From positions 3,045 to 67,044 of the forward strand of contig JAHEGN010000010.1 in NCBI GenBank assembly GCA_024645085.1: 64,000 nt of DNA, given 5' to 3'. Below, in pieces: positions 44,734 through 55,912 of this stretch. Numbering within the stretch: position 1 is the stretch's first letter; each line of letters begins with the position of its first letter. The position numbers and the translations under genes were made by a program. The DNA comes from Rhodobiaceae bacterium (GTDB lineage: Bacteria > Pseudomonadota > Alphaproteobacteria > RS24). The notes beneath the pieces are model-generated. The model worked only from the letters and a program-made list of their open reading frames with translations. It was not told the DNA's origin and did no database searches.

Positions 44734-45513
44734 TTAAACCTCGCGGGCGACCATAAGTTTTTTGATTTCCGAAATCGCTTTCGCCGGTGACAGGCCTTTC
44801 GGGCAAGCTTTGGCGCAATTCATAATTGTGTGGCAGCGATACACTCGGAACGGGTCTTCCAAATCATCGAGCCGGTCACCGGTCGCCTCGTCGCGGCTAT
44901 CTGCCAACCAACGATAGGCTTGCAGCAGAACCGCTGGGCCGAGATATTTGTCTGAATTCCACCAATAGCTTGGGCACGATGTCGAGCAGCAAGCGCACAA
45001 AATGCACTCATACAGACCGTCTAATTTTTCGCGGTCTTCGCGCGATTGTTTCCACTCAGCTTGCGGCTTTGGCGTATCGGTTTTCAACCATGGTTCAATC
45101 GACTCATATTGCGCATATAAAGTCGTCAAATCTGGTACCAAATCTTTAATCACCGGCATATGCGGCAGCGGATAAATCGTAATATCGCCCTTCACCTCAT
45201 CCATGCCTTTGGTGCACGCCAATGTGTTTTGGCCGTCAATATTCATCGCGCATGAGCCACAAATTCCCTCGCGGCACGAACGCCGGAAAGTCAGTGTCGA
45301 GTCGATTTCATTTTTAACCTTCAACAGCGCATCAAGCACCATTGGCCCGCAATCATCTTCATCAATCGTGTAAGTATCAATGCGCGGATTTTCCGCATCA
45401 TCAGGATTCCAACGATAGATTTTCAGCGTACGCGCTTTGGCAATCTCGCCTTTCGGGGCGTGAGAAATGCCTTTGTTAATTTTCGAATTGGCAGGAAGTG
45501 CAATTTCAACCAT
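44734..45513 (-). CDS. sdhB: Succinate dehydrogenase iron-sulfur subunit
   Basis: Three Cys clusters: [25 protein letters not shown] and [12 protein letters not shown]. Confidence 0.96.
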   Translation of the reverse strand: MVEIALPANSKINKGISHAPKGEIAKARTLKIYRWNPDDAENPRIDTYTIDEDDCGPMVLDALLKVKNEIDSTLTFRRSCREGICGSCAMNIDGQNTLACTKGMDEVKGDITIYPLPHMPVIKDLVPDLTTLYAQYESIEPWLKTDTPKPQAEWKQSREDREKLDGLYECILCACCSTSCPSYWWNSDKYLGPAVLLQAYRWLADSRDEATGDRLDDLEDPFRVYRCHTIMNCAKACPKGLSPAKAISEIKKLMVAREV

Positions 45514-45524
45514 GGGACGCCCTC

Positions 45525-47309
45525 TTAATAGACCCGAGCTTTTGGCTCGATATAAGTTACTTCATTGGTCAGCGTGTAATTATGCACGCCACGATAATCG
45601 ATTTTGGACTTACCCTTGGAGTCGACATAAGCCAGCGTATGTTTCATCCATTCTTCATCGTCACGCTCTGGGAAATCTTCACGCGCATGTCCGCCACGGC
45701 TTTCTTTGCGCGCATTGGCGCCTTCCACAGTGGCCACAGCTTGCAGCGCCAGATTGTCAAATTCCAAGGTTTCAATGAGATCTGAATTCCAAATCAGCGA
45801 GCGGTCAGTAATGCCAATATCATCCATTGCTGTCATGACTTTTTGCATCCGGTCGCAGCCCTCTTGCAGCACTTCACCGGTACGGAACACGGCGCAGTTT
45901 TCCTGCATGGTTTTTTGCATTTCCAAACGCAGCTCAGCGGTTGGCGTGCTGCCGCTGGCATTGCGGAAATGGTCAAGACGGCTGACCGCATTATCACCAG
46001 CATTGGCTGGCAGTGGTGCATGGCGTTCGCCCGGTTTGACAATTTCAGACGCCCGCATAGCCGAGGCACGACCGAAGACGACAAGGTCAATCAATGAGTT
46101 TGACCCCAACCGATTGGCGCCGTGAACCGACACACAAGCCGCTTCACCAATCGCCATCAGGCCCGGCACTGTTCGTTCTGCGTCACTGGCCGACGGGTTC
46201 AAAACTTCACCGTGATAATTGGTCGGAATGCCGCCCATATTATAATGCACGGTTGGCAATACTGGAATTGGCTCCTTAGTCACATCGACGCCAGCAAAAA
46301 TTTTGGCGCTTTCAGAAATACCTGGCAGGCGTTCGGCCAAAATATCTGGGTCAAGGTGATCAAGATGCAGATAAATGTGATCTTTATTGGCACCAACACC
46401 GCGCCCTTCGCGAATTTCAATGGTCATCGAACGTGACACCACATCGCGTGAAGCCAAATCCTTGGCCGATGGGGCGTAACGCTCCATAAAGCGCTCACCC
46501 TCGGAATTAATCAAAATACCTCCCTCGCCGCGCGAGCCTTCGGTAATCAAACAACCGGCGCCGTAAATGCCTGTTGGGTGAAACTGAACAAATTCCATAT
46601 CCTGCAACGGCAAGCCCGCGCGTGCCACCATGGCTGAACCATCGCCAGTGCACGTATGCGCTGAGGTGGCTGAGAAATAAGCGCGACCATAGCCACCGGT
46701 TGCAATAATCACTTGTTTGGCTTGGAAGCGGTGCAAAGTGCCGGTCGACATATCCATCGCCGTCACACCAACACAACGGTCTTCATCCATAATCAAATCA
46801 AGCGCAAAATATTCGATGAAAAATTCGGTCTCATAGCGCAATGATTGACCATAAAGCGTGTGCAAAATGGCGTGGCCTGTGCGGTCAGCCGCCGCGCAAG
46901 TACGTTGCGCAATGCCTTCACCAAAATTGGTCGTCATGCCGCCGAAGGGGCGCTGGTAAATTTTACCTTCTTCGGTACGCGAAAACGGCACACCAAAATG
47001 GTCAAGCTCATACACCGCCTCAGCCGCATTGCGGCACAAATATTCAATCGCGTCTTGGTCGCCGAGCCAATCAGAGCCTTTAACCGTATCATACATATGC
47101 CAGCGCCAATCATCGGCGCCCATATTACCCAGCGCGGCCGAAATACCGCCTTGAGCGGCGACTGTATGCGAGCGGGTTGGGAAAACTTTTGAAATACAGG
47201 CTGTCTTCAGCCCGCGTTCGGCGCAACCAAGCGCTGCCCGCAGGCCAGAGCCGCCGGCACCAACGACGACGACATCAAATTGGTGGTCATTAAATTCATA
47301 ACTACTCAT
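45525..47309 (-). CDS. sdhA: Succinate dehydrogenase flavoprotein subunit
   Basis: [12 protein letters not shown] and the [13 protein letters not shown]-His site. Confidence 0.97.
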   Translation of the reverse strand: MSSYEFNDHQFDVVVVGAGGSGLRAALGCAERGLKTACISKVFPTRSHTVAAQGGISAALGNMGADDWRWHMYDTVKGSDWLGDQDAIEYLCRNAAEAVYELDHFGVPFSRTEEGKIYQRPFGGMTTNFGEGIAQRTCAAADRTGHAILHTLYGQSLRYETEFFIEYFALDLIMDEDRCVGVTAMDMSTGTLHRFQAKQVIIATGGYGRAYFSATSAHTCTGDGSAMVARAGLPLQDMEFVQFHPTGIYGAGCLITEGSRGEGGILINSEGERFMERYAPSAKDLASRDVVSRSMTIEIREGRGVGANKDHIYLHLDHLDPDILAERLPGISESAKIFAGVDVTKEPIPVLPTVHYNMGGIPTNYHGEVLNPSASDAERTVPGLMAIGEAACVSVHGANRLGSNSLIDLVVFGRASAMRASEIVKPGERHAPLPANAGDNAVSRLDHFRNASGSTPTAELRLEMQKTMQENCAVFRTGEVLQEGCDRMQKVMTAMDDIGITDRSLIWNSDLIETLEFDNLALQAVATVEGANARKESRGGHAREDFPERDDEEWMKHTLAYVDSKGKSKIDYRGVHNYTLTNEVTYIEPKARVY

Positions 47310-47323
47310 ATCAGGCTCCTAAT

Positions 47324-47707
47324 TTACTGAGCTGTAACCAGTTTCAGCACGGCCACACAACAGGCCACGCCAATGGTCAGGGCGAAAAAATTATTGGCTA
47401 TCAAAGCCAAAAGTTTAGAGGCTTCCCCATGAATGTAGTCTTCGATGACAACTTGTAAACCTAAGCGCATGTGATAAATCGCTGAAACAATCAGCAATAG
47501 CATCACAACGCCGACCAACGGGTTGCCAAGAAACGCTGTCATGGTTGCATAATCAGCGCCCGCATGGACCACAAGCGCACCAACCAAAAACAAGGTTAAC
47601 GGAATATTTGCCAATGCAGTTACCCGCTGCATCCAAAAATGATGTGTGCCCTTTTTAGCTGAGCCAAGCCCGCGCGCGCGCGATAGGGGGGTCCGCATAT
47701 CACTCAT
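47324..47707 (-). CDS. sdhD: Succinate dehydrogenase membrane anchor subunit
   Basis: MSDMRTPLSRARGLGSAKKGTHHFWMQR followed by 3 TM helices. The ATG overlaps the sdhC TAA (TAATG). Confidence 0.87.
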   Translation of the reverse strand: MSDMRTPLSRARGLGSAKKGTHHFWMQRVTALANIPLTLFLVGALVVHAGADYATMTAFLGNPLVGVVMLLLIVSAIYHMRLGLQVVIEDYIHGEASKLLALIANNFFALTIGVACCVAVLKLVTAQ

Positions 47708-48120
47708 TAGAAAGCTCCCAAATAAGAATAGGCCAGAACCCAAACGACAATTGTCAAAACAGGCGGCACAAAAGCTGTTACCCGGGCAATAATCTCGACA
47801 TGGCGCAGGTCAAAGCCGCGGCCAGTGTCCCAAATGAAATGCCGCAAACCACCAAACATATGGTGGAACAGCGCCCAGCTATATCCGAATAAAACCAAAC
47901 GCCCATACCAAGCCGTTGAGATAGATTGCACGACCGCATAGGCTTCTTCGCCCGAGGCGGCGGCCAAAAGCCAGCCCGCCAGCAAGGCGGTGCCAGCGTA
48001 AAGCGCCACGCCTGTAGCGCGGTGCAAAATCGACAACACCATGGTCAGTGTCCATCGATAAATTTGAATATGCGGCGATAACGGCCGCGGATGTTTTTGC
48101 GTTTCTACCTGGTCGGACAT
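47707..48120 (-). CDS. sdhC: Succinate dehydrogenase cytochrome b556 subunit
   Basis: RPLSPHIQIYRW...SILHRATG. The start is set to the ATG at 48120 (AGGAG upstream). Confidence 0.87.
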   Translation of the reverse strand: MSDQVETQKHPRPLSPHIQIYRWTLTMVLSILHRATGVALYAGTALLAGWLLAAASGEEAYAVVQSISTAWYGRLVLFGYSWALFHHMFGGLRHFIWDTGRGFDLRHVEIIARVTAFVPPVLTIVVWVLAYSYLGAF

Positions 48121-48233
48121 AAGCTCTCCTGATAAGCCGGATGACATCGCCTAACATAGCCTCAAGCGGCCAATTTAGCCAATGTAATTAGAAACTTTCA
48201 TCGCGACAGGCTGCCGCACACTCAACTCGTAGT

Positions 48234-49280
48234 TTAGCTCTCTCGGCGCGGCATCCAAACCCAGCAATCAAGCTCCAAAATCACCGACGGATCGCGCGTG
48301 CCATCGGCCAAATAGCCCGGCTGAGCGGTTGAGTCGGTGTTTTTGCTAACCCATTGGCGCAGCCGCAGCGCGCCAATATCTGGTCGCGCGTCAAAACTCG
48401 CCTTATCGATAATTTCGCTCCAGCCATAAATCGTATCGCCAGCAAAAGCCGGGGCCGCATGGGTGCCGCCATTGAGCGCCGCCACACCAATGGCATTCGG
48501 CAGGCCATTAAAACTCATGGCGCGGGCATGGGAAATAATATGCCCGCCATAAATCAGGCGTTTGCCAAATTTTGTCTGGCTTTGCGCATGGGCGTCAAAA
48601 TGTACTTGCGCGGTATTTTGATACAGCCGCGTCGCCATCATATGCTCGGCCTCTTCCAATGTCGTGCCGCCGCCATGTTGCAGGCGGTCGCCAATGGCAT
48701 AATTGTCGAACAATCGGTCGCTGCCGCTGGCCTGACAATCCCAATCAGAAAAATCAGCCGCTGGCAAAAGCAAATCCTGCGCCGCAACATTGTCAGCCAA
48801 TTGTGGCATCACCGGCGTCGGCGCGGCCCGCTCGAGGTCATTTTTGCGCACCATCACCCAGCGCACATAATGCAAAACAATTTCATCGCGCTGGTTGAAG
48901 CCGGTAGTGCGCACCATCACAATGCCGCTTTTGCCATTGCTGTTTTCGCGCAAGCCAATGACCTGCGAGCGCGCGCTCAGCGTGTCGCCCGCATAGGCGG
49001 GTTGATGAAACTGCCCCTCAGCATAGCCAAGATTGGCAATCGCATGGCGCGAAATATCAGGCACGCTTTTGCCAAAAATAATATGGAACACCAGCCAATC
49101 ATCCAAGGGCCGGTCATGATAGCCGCAGGCCACCGCATGCGGCCGACTGCTGGTCAATAAATGGCGGCCGCCGTAAAGCGCTTGATAAAGCCCCGCATCG
49201 CCATCGGTTAAACTGCGCGGCGTGGCGTGAATAATTTCCTCGCCCAGAGTGAAATCTTCGAAAAACCGCCCGTCGCTCAT
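48234..49280 (-). CDS. Double hot-dog (MaoC-like) enoyl-CoA hydratase, mesaconyl-/itaconyl-CoA hydratase-like
   Basis: 348 aa with an N-terminal FEDFTLGE motif and two MaoC-like halves. It is translationally coupled (TAATG) to the upstream CitE-like gene. Confidence 0.72.
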   Translation of the reverse strand: MSDGRFFEDFTLGEEIIHATPRSLTDGDAGLYQALYGGRHLLTSSRPHAVACGYHDRPLDDWLVFHIIFGKSVPDISRHAIANLGYAEGQFHQPAYAGDTLSARSQVIGLRENSNGKSGIVMVRTTGFNQRDEIVLHYVRWVMVRKNDLERAAPTPVMPQLADNVAAQDLLLPAADFSDWDCQASGSDRLFDNYAIGDRLQHGGGTTLEEAEHMMATRLYQNTAQVHFDAHAQSQTKFGKRLIYGGHIISHARAMSFNGLPNAIGVAALNGGTHAAPAFAGDTIYGWSEIIDKASFDARPDIGALRLRQWVSKNTDSTAQPGYLADGTRDPSVILELDCWVWMPRRES

Positions 49281-50194
49281 TATCTGCCCTCGCGGCGTGC
49301 GGCAATCGCCTCGGCAATGGCCAGCCTGCGCGCGGCACTATCTCGGTGCAGCAATTCGGTCATTTTCCCATTTACTTTCAACACGCCGACACCGGCGTTT
49401 TCGGGTGCCGCAAAGGCCGCCACAATATCGCGAGCTTGGGCAATTTCTTCGGCTGACGGGGCAAACACATCATTGCAGGCGGCCAATTGGCTTGGGTGAA
49501 TCAGGGTTTTCCCGTCAAACCCCATATCCGCCCCTTGCTGGCATTCATCGCGCAAGCCGGCCTCGTCAGCAATGTCATTGAACACCCCATCCAGCGCCAC
49601 CAAGCCATATTGGCGCGCCGCCATTAACGCCATTGCCAAAGCGGTCATCAATGGTGCGCGACCGGGAACTAAATTGGCCTGCATGTCTTTGGCCAAATCA
49701 TTCGTGCCCATCACAAAACAGCGTAACTTGCTATCGCCGGCGCAGGCCGCCAGTGCTTGAATATTAAAAATCGCCGCCGGTGTTTCGACCATAATCCATA
49801 AGTCAACGCCATCAGGTAGCGCTTGGCTTAGCGTGTAAACTTCCTCACAGCTAGAAATTTTAGGCGCCAATATAGCGTCGGGCCGGGCCGCTGGGTCGAG
49901 CTGTTGCAGGGCCGCCAAATCATCGCCGCCCCAGGGGGTGCTGAGTGCGTTGATTCGCACCACCAGCTCGCGCTGGCCGTAACCACCTTGCATCAGTGCC
50001 GCACAAATTTGCCCACGGGCCTCCGCCTTGGCATCGGGCGCCACCGCGTCTTCAAGATCGAGCAATAGGCAATCGGCGTCGAGATTGCGGGCTTTTTCCA
50101 GCGCCCGTGCATTGGCGCCAGGCATATATAGCGCGCTACGCCGAGGTCGCATGGCAAGAAAACCACTATGCTGCTGATTGTTTTGCTCGTTCAT
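49280..50194 (-). CDS. HpcH/CitE-like CoA-ester lyase or thioesterase (malyl-/citramalyl-CoA type)
   Basis: RPRRSALYMPGANARALEKA and LLLDLEDAVAP motifs. The start is set to the ATG at 50194 (GGAG upstream). Confidence 0.75.
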   Translation of the reverse strand: MNEQNNQQHSGFLAMRPRRSALYMPGANARALEKARNLDADCLLLDLEDAVAPDAKAEARGQICAALMQGGYGQRELVVRINALSTPWGGDDLAALQQLDPAARPDAILAPKISSCEEVYTLSQALPDGVDLWIMVETPAAIFNIQALAACAGDSKLRCFVMGTNDLAKDMQANLVPGRAPLMTALAMALMAARQYGLVALDGVFNDIADEAGLRDECQQGADMGFDGKTLIHPSQLAACNDVFAPSAEEIAQARDIVAAFAAPENAGVGVLKVNGKMTELLHRDSAARRLAIAEAIAARREGR

Positions 50195-50251
50195 TGCCGA
50201 ACTCCAGTGTAAACTCTGCTTCAACTTAAAGGTTTTCATGTAGAGGGCAAG

Positions 50252-51097
50252 ATGGTTCGCAAAGCCAGCGTATTAGTAATTTCCAGCCAAGTTGTGAGCG
50301 GTCAAGTCGGTCTAAAGGCCATGATGCCCGGGTTTCGGCTTTTAGGTTTTGAAACCGTCACCCTGCAAACCACTTTGCTGGCGGCGCATCCGGCGGCATT
50401 TCCCGAAATGGGACAGCCGGTCGGGCGCATTGTGCCCGCCGATGAAATTTTACAAATCTTTGATTGGCTGCTGCGCGCCGGTGCGTTAGATCGTGTCGAA
50501 GCCATTGTGAGCGGTTATTTGCCATCTCCTGAACATGTTGCAGCTATCGGCAAAATCGTTACCACGCTAAAAGCCAAAAATCCTGAAGTGATTTATTGCT
50601 GCGACCCCATCTGTGGCGACAATGATCATCTTTATCTGCCTGACACAGTGGCGCAGGGCTTGGCCACCACCCTGCTGCCCTTGGCCGATATAGCCACGCC
50701 CAATCTTTTTGAATTGCAATATTTGACCGGTGGCACAGCGCTGGCATCAACCGAAGATGTGGTGCATGCGGCCCGCCGTTTGAACGTGCCACATGTTGTT
50801 GTCACCTCGGCGCCAGCGCCCGAGGGGCGCATTGCAACACTGCTGGTTAACCAAGAAACAGCGCGCTGCGAAACCGCCAAAGCGCCGCGCGCACCGCATG
50901 GTATGGGAGATTTATTTTCCGCTCTTTATCTGGCTTTGCGTCTGTCGGGTGAGGCCAAGGCGTTAGGCATTGCCACGGGCACATTATCAGCCATAGCCAA
51001 TGCCAATATGGAAACCCAAACCCTGCCGCATGGGCCCTTGGCGCTCGCCGCACCAGCTTTGCAAGAGACCTTAATGGTGGCGCAAAAAACTAGCTAA
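50252..51097 (+). CDS. pdxY: Pyridoxal/pyridoxamine kinase
   Basis: Ribokinase-like fold with SGYL, CDPICGD and GMGDLFSAL motifs, as in PdxY/PdxK. Confidence 0.8.
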   Translation: MVRKASVLVISSQVVSGQVGLKAMMPGFRLLGFETVTLQTTLLAAHPAAFPEMGQPVGRIVPADEILQIFDWLLRAGALDRVEAIVSGYLPSPEHVAAIGKIVTTLKAKNPEVIYCCDPICGDNDHLYLPDTVAQGLATTLLPLADIATPNLFELQYLTGGTALASTEDVVHAARRLNVPHVVVTSAPAPEGRIATLLVNQETARCETAKAPRAPHGMGDLFSALYLALRLSGEAKALGIATGTLSAIANANMETQTLPHGPLALAAPALQETLMVAQKTS

Positions 51098-52118
51098 TGC
51101 GGCTTTTGGTAAGGTGCTTTTCTATCAGCAGCTCAGCGATTTGAACGGCGTTCAAAGCCGCGCCCTTGCGCAGATTATCTGACACCACCCACATATTCAG
51201 GCCGTTTTCGACACTGGAGTCTTCGCGTAGGCGCGAAACAAAGGTTTCATATTCGCCGACACATTCAATCGGCGTGATATAGCCGCCATCCTCGCGCCGA
51301 TCGACCACCAATAGGCCCGGTGCATCCTCTAGAGCCTTGCGCGCTTTGGCAACCGATAGGGGGGCGGAAAATTCAATATTCACCGCTTCCGAATGACCAA
51401 CAAAAACCGGTACCCGCACACATGTCACCGTCACCGCAATATTTGGGTCGAGCATTTTATGGGTCTCATCCACCATTTTCTGCTCTTCGGTTGTGTCACC
51501 ATCCTTATTGAAGTCGCCAATATGCGGAATCACATTAAAGGCGATTTGCTTGGTGAAGTTTTCGCGCTTCAGCTCGTCATTGACGAAGACGGCGCGGGTC
51601 TGGGTGAATAATTCATCCATCGCCTCATTGCCGGCGCCTGAAACTGACTGATAAGTCGACACAACAAGACGACGAATCGGGCTGATATCATGCAGTGGTT
51701 TCAAAGCGACAACCAATTGCGCGGTTGAGCAATTTGGGTTGGCAATAATATTGCGTTGGCTATAGCCAGCAATGTCGTCTGGATTGACCTCAGGCACAAT
51801 CAATGGCACGTCTTTTTCCATGCGGTAAAGCGATGAATTATCAATCACCACACAGCCAGCTTCGGCCGCTTTTGGGGCGTAGGTTTTGGTCGGTCCCGAC
51901 CCGCATGCAAAAAGCGCAATATCGGCTTTCGCAAAATCGTAAAATTCCAGCGCCTGAATTTTCAGCGTTTTGTCGCCAAAACTTACTTCGCGACCTTGGC
52001 TGCGCCGCGAGGCGAGCACGTCGACGCGTGATACAGGGAATTTGCGCTCGCTGAGAATATTCAGCATTTCGCGCCCGACATTTCCAGTGGCACCGACCAC
52101 TGCAACAACATACGACAT
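51090..52118 (-). CDS. asd: Aspartate-semialdehyde dehydrogenase
   Basis: VVGATGNVGREM and NCSTAQLV (active-site Cys). Confidence 0.95.
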   Translation of the reverse strand: MSYVVAVVGATGNVGREMLNILSERKFPVSRVDVLASRRSQGREVSFGDKTLKIQALEFYDFAKADIALFACGSGPTKTYAPKAAEAGCVVIDNSSLYRMEKDVPLIVPEVNPDDIAGYSQRNIIANPNCSTAQLVVALKPLHDISPIRRLVVSTYQSVSGAGNEAMDELFTQTRAVFVNDELKRENFTKQIAFNVIPHIGDFNKDGDTTEEQKMVDETHKMLDPNIAVTVTCVRVPVFVGHSEAVNIEFSAPLSVAKARKALEDAPGLLVVDRREDGGYITPIECVGEYETFVSRLREDSSVENGLNMWVVSDNLRKGAALNAVQIAELLIEKHLTKSRIS

Positions 52119-53225
52119 TTAAGCCTCCGCGCTTTCGAGGGCCGCCAAAATGGCATCGCCCATGCCGCTGGTACCAGTCTGGGTCATGCCGGCTTGCATA
52201 ATATCGGCAGTCCGCAGACCTTGGTCGAGCACGCGAGTGACCGCGCCTTCCAACAGGTCAGCATCGGCGCCACGGTCAAATGTGTAACGCAGGGCCATGG
52301 CAAATGACAAAATAGAGGCAATCGGATTGGCCAAGCCTTGACCAGCAATATCTGGCGCCGAGCCATGTACCGGCTCATAAAGCGCTTTCGCCCGTCCACT
52401 GGCTGCATCTGGTGCGCCCAAAGAGGCTGATGGCAACATGCCCAAAGAGCCGGTTAACATGGCGGCAATGTCGGACAAAATATCGCCAAACAGATTATCG
52501 GTCACCAAAACATCATATTGTTTTGGATTCCGCACCAATTGCATGGCGCAATTATCGGCCAACACATGTTCGAGGGCGATTTCTGGAAACTCTGTTGAGA
52601 TAATCCGCGTCACTTCTTCATTCCATAAAAGGCCAGATTCCATAACATTGCGTTTCTCAGATGAGGCCAAGCGTTTGCCGCGTTTCATCGCCAAATCACC
52701 GGCAACGCGAGCAATGCGTTCAATCTCATAGGTCTCATAAACTTGCGTATTGACGCCGCGACGCTGGCCATTGCCAAGGTCTTCAATGCCGCGTGGCTCT
52801 CCAAAATACACACCGCCCGTTAGCTCGCGGACAATCATAATATCAAGGCCTTCGATAATATCGCGCTTCAAAGAAGACGCATCGGCAAGCGCTGGAAAAC
52901 AAATCGCCGGACGCAAATTGGCGAATAATTCAAGGTCAGCCCGCAAGCGCAAAAGTCCGGCTTCGGGGCGCGCTTCATAGGCCACATTGTCCCATTTCGG
53001 GCCGCCAACTGCTCCCAATAAAACCGCATCAGCCGCCAGTGCTTTTTCCATGGCGGCGTCAGAAATGGCCGCGCCATGCGCGTCATAGGCGCAACCGCCG
53101 ACCAAATCTTCGTCAATATTGGTTTCAAAACCGCGATGCGTGCCAAACCATTCAATGACGCGGCGCACTTCGCCCATGACTTCAGGGCCAATACCATCGC
53201 CAGGCAGAATAAGAATATTTTCCAT
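52119..53225 (-). CDS. leuB: 3-isopropylmalate dehydrogenase
   Basis: [13 protein letters not shown] and NLFGDILSD. Confidence 0.96.
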   Translation of the reverse strand: MENILILPGDGIGPEVMGEVRRVIEWFGTHRGFETNIDEDLVGGCAYDAHGAAISDAAMEKALAADAVLLGAVGGPKWDNVAYEARPEAGLLRLRADLELFANLRPAICFPALADASSLKRDIIEGLDIMIVRELTGGVYFGEPRGIEDLGNGQRRGVNTQVYETYEIERIARVAGDLAMKRGKRLASSEKRNVMESGLLWNEEVTRIISTEFPEIALEHVLADNCAMQLVRNPKQYDVLVTDNLFGDILSDIAAMLTGSLGMLPSASLGAPDAASGRAKALYEPVHGSAPDIAGQGLANPIASILSFAMALRYTFDRGADADLLEGAVTRVLDQGLRTADIMQAGMTQTGTSGMGDAILAALESAEA

Positions 53226-53283
53226 TTTATACTTTCAACGTGTTCAATAAGGCGTCAGACGCAACGTCTTATCATGCGGCAGT

Positions 53284-53886
53284 TTAGCGCCAAGGTTGGG
53301 TTTCTAAGTCAGCTTCATAGCTGTCGATGGCAGCCGATTTTTTCAAAGTCAGGCCAATATCGTCGAGACCTTCCATCAAACATTGTTTGCGAAACGCATC
53401 GACTTCAAAAGCAATCTCGCCGCCATCTGGGCCGGTGATTTTTTGGCTTTCCAAATCAATACTCACAACCGCATTGGAACCGCGCTCGGCATCATCCATC
53501 AAACGATCAACATCAGCTTGCGGCAATACAATCGGCAAAATACCGTTTTTGAAGCAGTTATTATAAAAAATATCGGCAAAGCTCGGCGCAATAATGCAGC
53601 GAATACCAAAATCAAGCAGCGCCCATGGCGCGTGCTCACGGCTTGAGCCGCAGCCAAAATTATCGCCAGCAACGAGAATTTGCGCCTTGCGATAGGCCGG
53701 TTGATTGAGCACAAAACTCTCAATTTCCGCCCCTTCAGGCGTGAAGCGCATTTCGTCAAACAGGTTTTTGCCCAAGCCCGAACGCTGAATGGTTTTCAAA
53801 AACTGCTTTGGAATAATCATATCCGTATCGACATTGATCATATTCAATGGCGCTGCAATGCCGGAAAGTTTGTTGAATTTTTCCAT
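53284..53886 (-). CDS. leuD: 3-isopropylmalate dehydratase small subunit
   Basis: [14 protein letters not shown] and [17 protein letters not shown]. Confidence 0.95.
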   Translation of the reverse strand: MEKFNKLSGIAAPLNMINVDTDMIIPKQFLKTIQRSGLGKNLFDEMRFTPEGAEIESFVLNQPAYRKAQILVAGDNFGCGSSREHAPWALLDFGIRCIIAPSFADIFYNNCFKNGILPIVLPQADVDRLMDDAERGSNAVVSIDLESQKITGPDGGEIAFEVDAFRKQCLMEGLDDIGLTLKKSAAIDSYEADLETQPWR

Positions 53887-53888
53887 GA

Positions 53889-55310
53889 TTAAGCGTCCTT
53901 TCCGAAGTCACGAATGTCGATGAAATGACCAGCGATAGCCGCCGCTGCCGCCATTGCAGGTGACACCAAATGGGTACGCCCGCCGCGACCTTGACGGCCT
54001 TCAAAATTGCGGTTCGACGTCGACGCACAACGTTCGCCCGGCGCCAGCTTATCGGCATTCATGGCCAAACACATAGAGCAGCCCGGTTCACGCCAGTCGA
54101 AGCCAGCCTCAATAAAGATTTTATCGAGCCCTTCTTCTTCGGCTTGTTGTTTGACCAGACCCGACCCTGGCACCACCATGGCTGAGACAGTCGCGGCAAC
54201 TTTATGGCCCTGCGCCACTTGCGCGGCAGCGCGCAAATCTTCAATACGGCTATTGGTGCAAGAACCAATAAACACGCGGTCAATGGCAACCTCTTGCATC
54301 GGCGTGCCTGCGGTCAGCCCCATATAATCCAATGCCCGCTCAGTGGCCCGACGGCGACCTTCATCGGTCAAAACCGATGGGTCAGGCACATTGCCGGTGA
54401 TCGATATCACGTCCTGCGGGCTGGTGCCCCAAGTAACCAATGGCGGCAGATTGGCCGCATCAATGGTGATCTCTTTATCAAACACGGCGTCATCATCTGA
54501 TTTCAATGTCTGCCAATAGGCGACAGATTTTTCCCAATCATCGCCAGTTGGCGCTTTGGCGCGGCCTTTGAGATAGGCAAAAGTTTTTTCATCAGGTGCC
54601 ACGAGGCCAGCTCGTGCGCCTGCTTCAATTGACATATTGCACAAAGTCATGCGGCCCTCGACCGACAGCGCTTCAATCGCTGGACCGGCATATTCCAAGA
54701 CGCAGCCAGTGCCGCCAGCGGTGCCAATTTCGCCAATAATCGCCAGCGCAATATCTTTCGCCGTCACATAATCCGGCGCTTGCCCGATAACATTAATGCG
54801 GAAGTTTTTTGCCTTGCTTTGAATCAAGGTCTGCGTGGCCAGCACATGCTCGACTTCCGAAGTGCCGATACCATGCGCCAAAGCGCCAAAGGCACCATGC
54901 GTTGACGTGTGACTATCGCCACACACGATGGTCAAGCCCGGCAATGTAAAGCCTTGTTCGGGGCCAGCCACATGAACAATCCCTTGGCGAATGTCGTCCA
55001 TTTGCAAATATTCAATGTCAAATTCTGCGCAATTGGCTTCCAAGGTCTGGATTTGCAATTTGCTCTCTGGATCAGCAATGGCAGCGACGCCACCAGCGCG
55101 GTCAGAGGTTGGGATATTATGGTCGGCAACAGCCAGCGTTTTATGTGGCGCGCGCGGGCGGCGATTGGCCATACGCAAACCCTCAAAAGCCTGCGGGCTG
55201 GTCACCTCATGCACGAGATGCCGATCGACATACAAAAGGCAATTGCCATCTGCTTGCTCATCGACCAGATGTGCGTTCCAAATTTTATCGTAAAGTGTAG
55301 TCCCGGTCAT
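53889..55310 (-). CDS. leuC: 3-isopropylmalate dehydratase large subunit
   Basis: [16 protein letters not shown], with the Fe-S ligand motifs GSCTNSR and CSMCLAMN. Confidence 0.96.
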   Translation of the reverse strand: MTGTTLYDKIWNAHLVDEQADGNCLLYVDRHLVHEVTSPQAFEGLRMANRRPRAPHKTLAVADHNIPTSDRAGGVAAIADPESKLQIQTLEANCAEFDIEYLQMDDIRQGIVHVAGPEQGFTLPGLTIVCGDSHTSTHGAFGALAHGIGTSEVEHVLATQTLIQSKAKNFRINVIGQAPDYVTAKDIALAIIGEIGTAGGTGCVLEYAGPAIEALSVEGRMTLCNMSIEAGARAGLVAPDEKTFAYLKGRAKAPTGDDWEKSVAYWQTLKSDDDAVFDKEITIDAANLPPLVTWGTSPQDVISITGNVPDPSVLTDEGRRRATERALDYMGLTAGTPMQEVAIDRVFIGSCTNSRIEDLRAAAQVAQGHKVAATVSAMVVPGSGLVKQQAEEEGLDKIFIEAGFDWREPGCSMCLAMNADKLAPGERCASTSNRNFEGRQGRGGRTHLVSPAMAAAAAIAGHFIDIRDFGKDA

Positions 55311-55375
55311 TGTCTTCGCCTTTTCATCCCGAGGGGCTGCCCCGGGTTTGGGGTGGGGCCGCTTGGGAGAAATCT

Positions 55376-55816
55376 TTAGGCGTCAGCGTTGACGCTAGGA
55401 TCCTCCTGAGCCGCCGCAACATTTTTAATTGTTTTGGCTTTATCGGCTTTGGTTGATTTCACACGACGTTCGGTAATGCGCGCGGCTTTACCGGTCAGAC
55501 CACGCAGATAGTAAAGCTTTGCACGACGCACACGACCGTGGCGCACAACTTCAATACTATCAACAAGCGTGCTGTAGATTGGGAATACGCGCTCAACGCC
55601 TTCACCATATGAAATTTTACGGACGGTGAAATTTTCGTTCAAACCGCCACCAGCGCGGGCAATGCAGACGCCTTCAAAAGCCTGCACGCGCTCACGCGTG
55701 CCTTCGATTACTTTTACATTTACCTTAACCGTATCGCCAGGCTGAAAGTCAGGCACAACCTTATTGGCGGCCAGGGCTTCGAGTTGCTCGCGTTCAATTT
55801 CTTCGATCAGGTTCAT
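55376..55816 (-). CDS. rplS: 50S ribosomal protein L19 with a C-terminal extension
   Basis: [12 protein letters not shown]...[16 protein letters not shown]. The start is set to the second ATG at 55816 (AGGTG 5 nt upstream). Confidence 0.92.
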   Translation of the reverse strand: MNLIEEIEREQLEALAANKVVPDFQPGDTVKVNVKVIEGTRERVQAFEGVCIARAGGGLNENFTVRKISYGEGVERVFPIYSTLVDSIEVVRHGRVRRAKLYYLRGLTGKAARITERRVKSTKADKAKTIKNVAAAQEDPSVNADA

Positions 55817-55890
55817 CATAGCACCTATAAAAATGGGGTGGGCCTCGCCGCACCGGAAGGGGGGAATTACCACGTAAAATATGACCTGTC

Positions 55891-55912
55891 ACCCCTTTCG
55901 AGGGGTTTTTTT
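55891..55912 (+). terminator. Plus-strand intrinsic-terminator-like hairpin (UUCG loop plus U7) between two minus-strand genes
   Basis: ACCCCT-ttcg-AGGGGT followed by T7, abutting the trmD stop codon. Read on the minus strand it has an A-tract before the stem and no U-tract after it. Confidence 0.45.

Noticed and set aside
48354-49160. A 268-aa plus-strand ORF antisense to the MaoC-like hydratase gene.
   Set aside because: Its composition is Arg/Ala/His-rich and low in information, with no recognisable motif. It lies entirely inside a well-supported minus-strand gene and has no RBS. This is a typical shadow ORF.
55311-55375. A GC-rich hairpin (CCCGGGGCAGCCCCTCGGG on the minus strand) between rplS and leuC, considered as a terminator or leucine attenuator.
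   Set aside because: There is no U-tract after the stem and no Leu-codon leader peptide. It may weakly punctuate the transcript, but the evidence is insufficient to call a feature.
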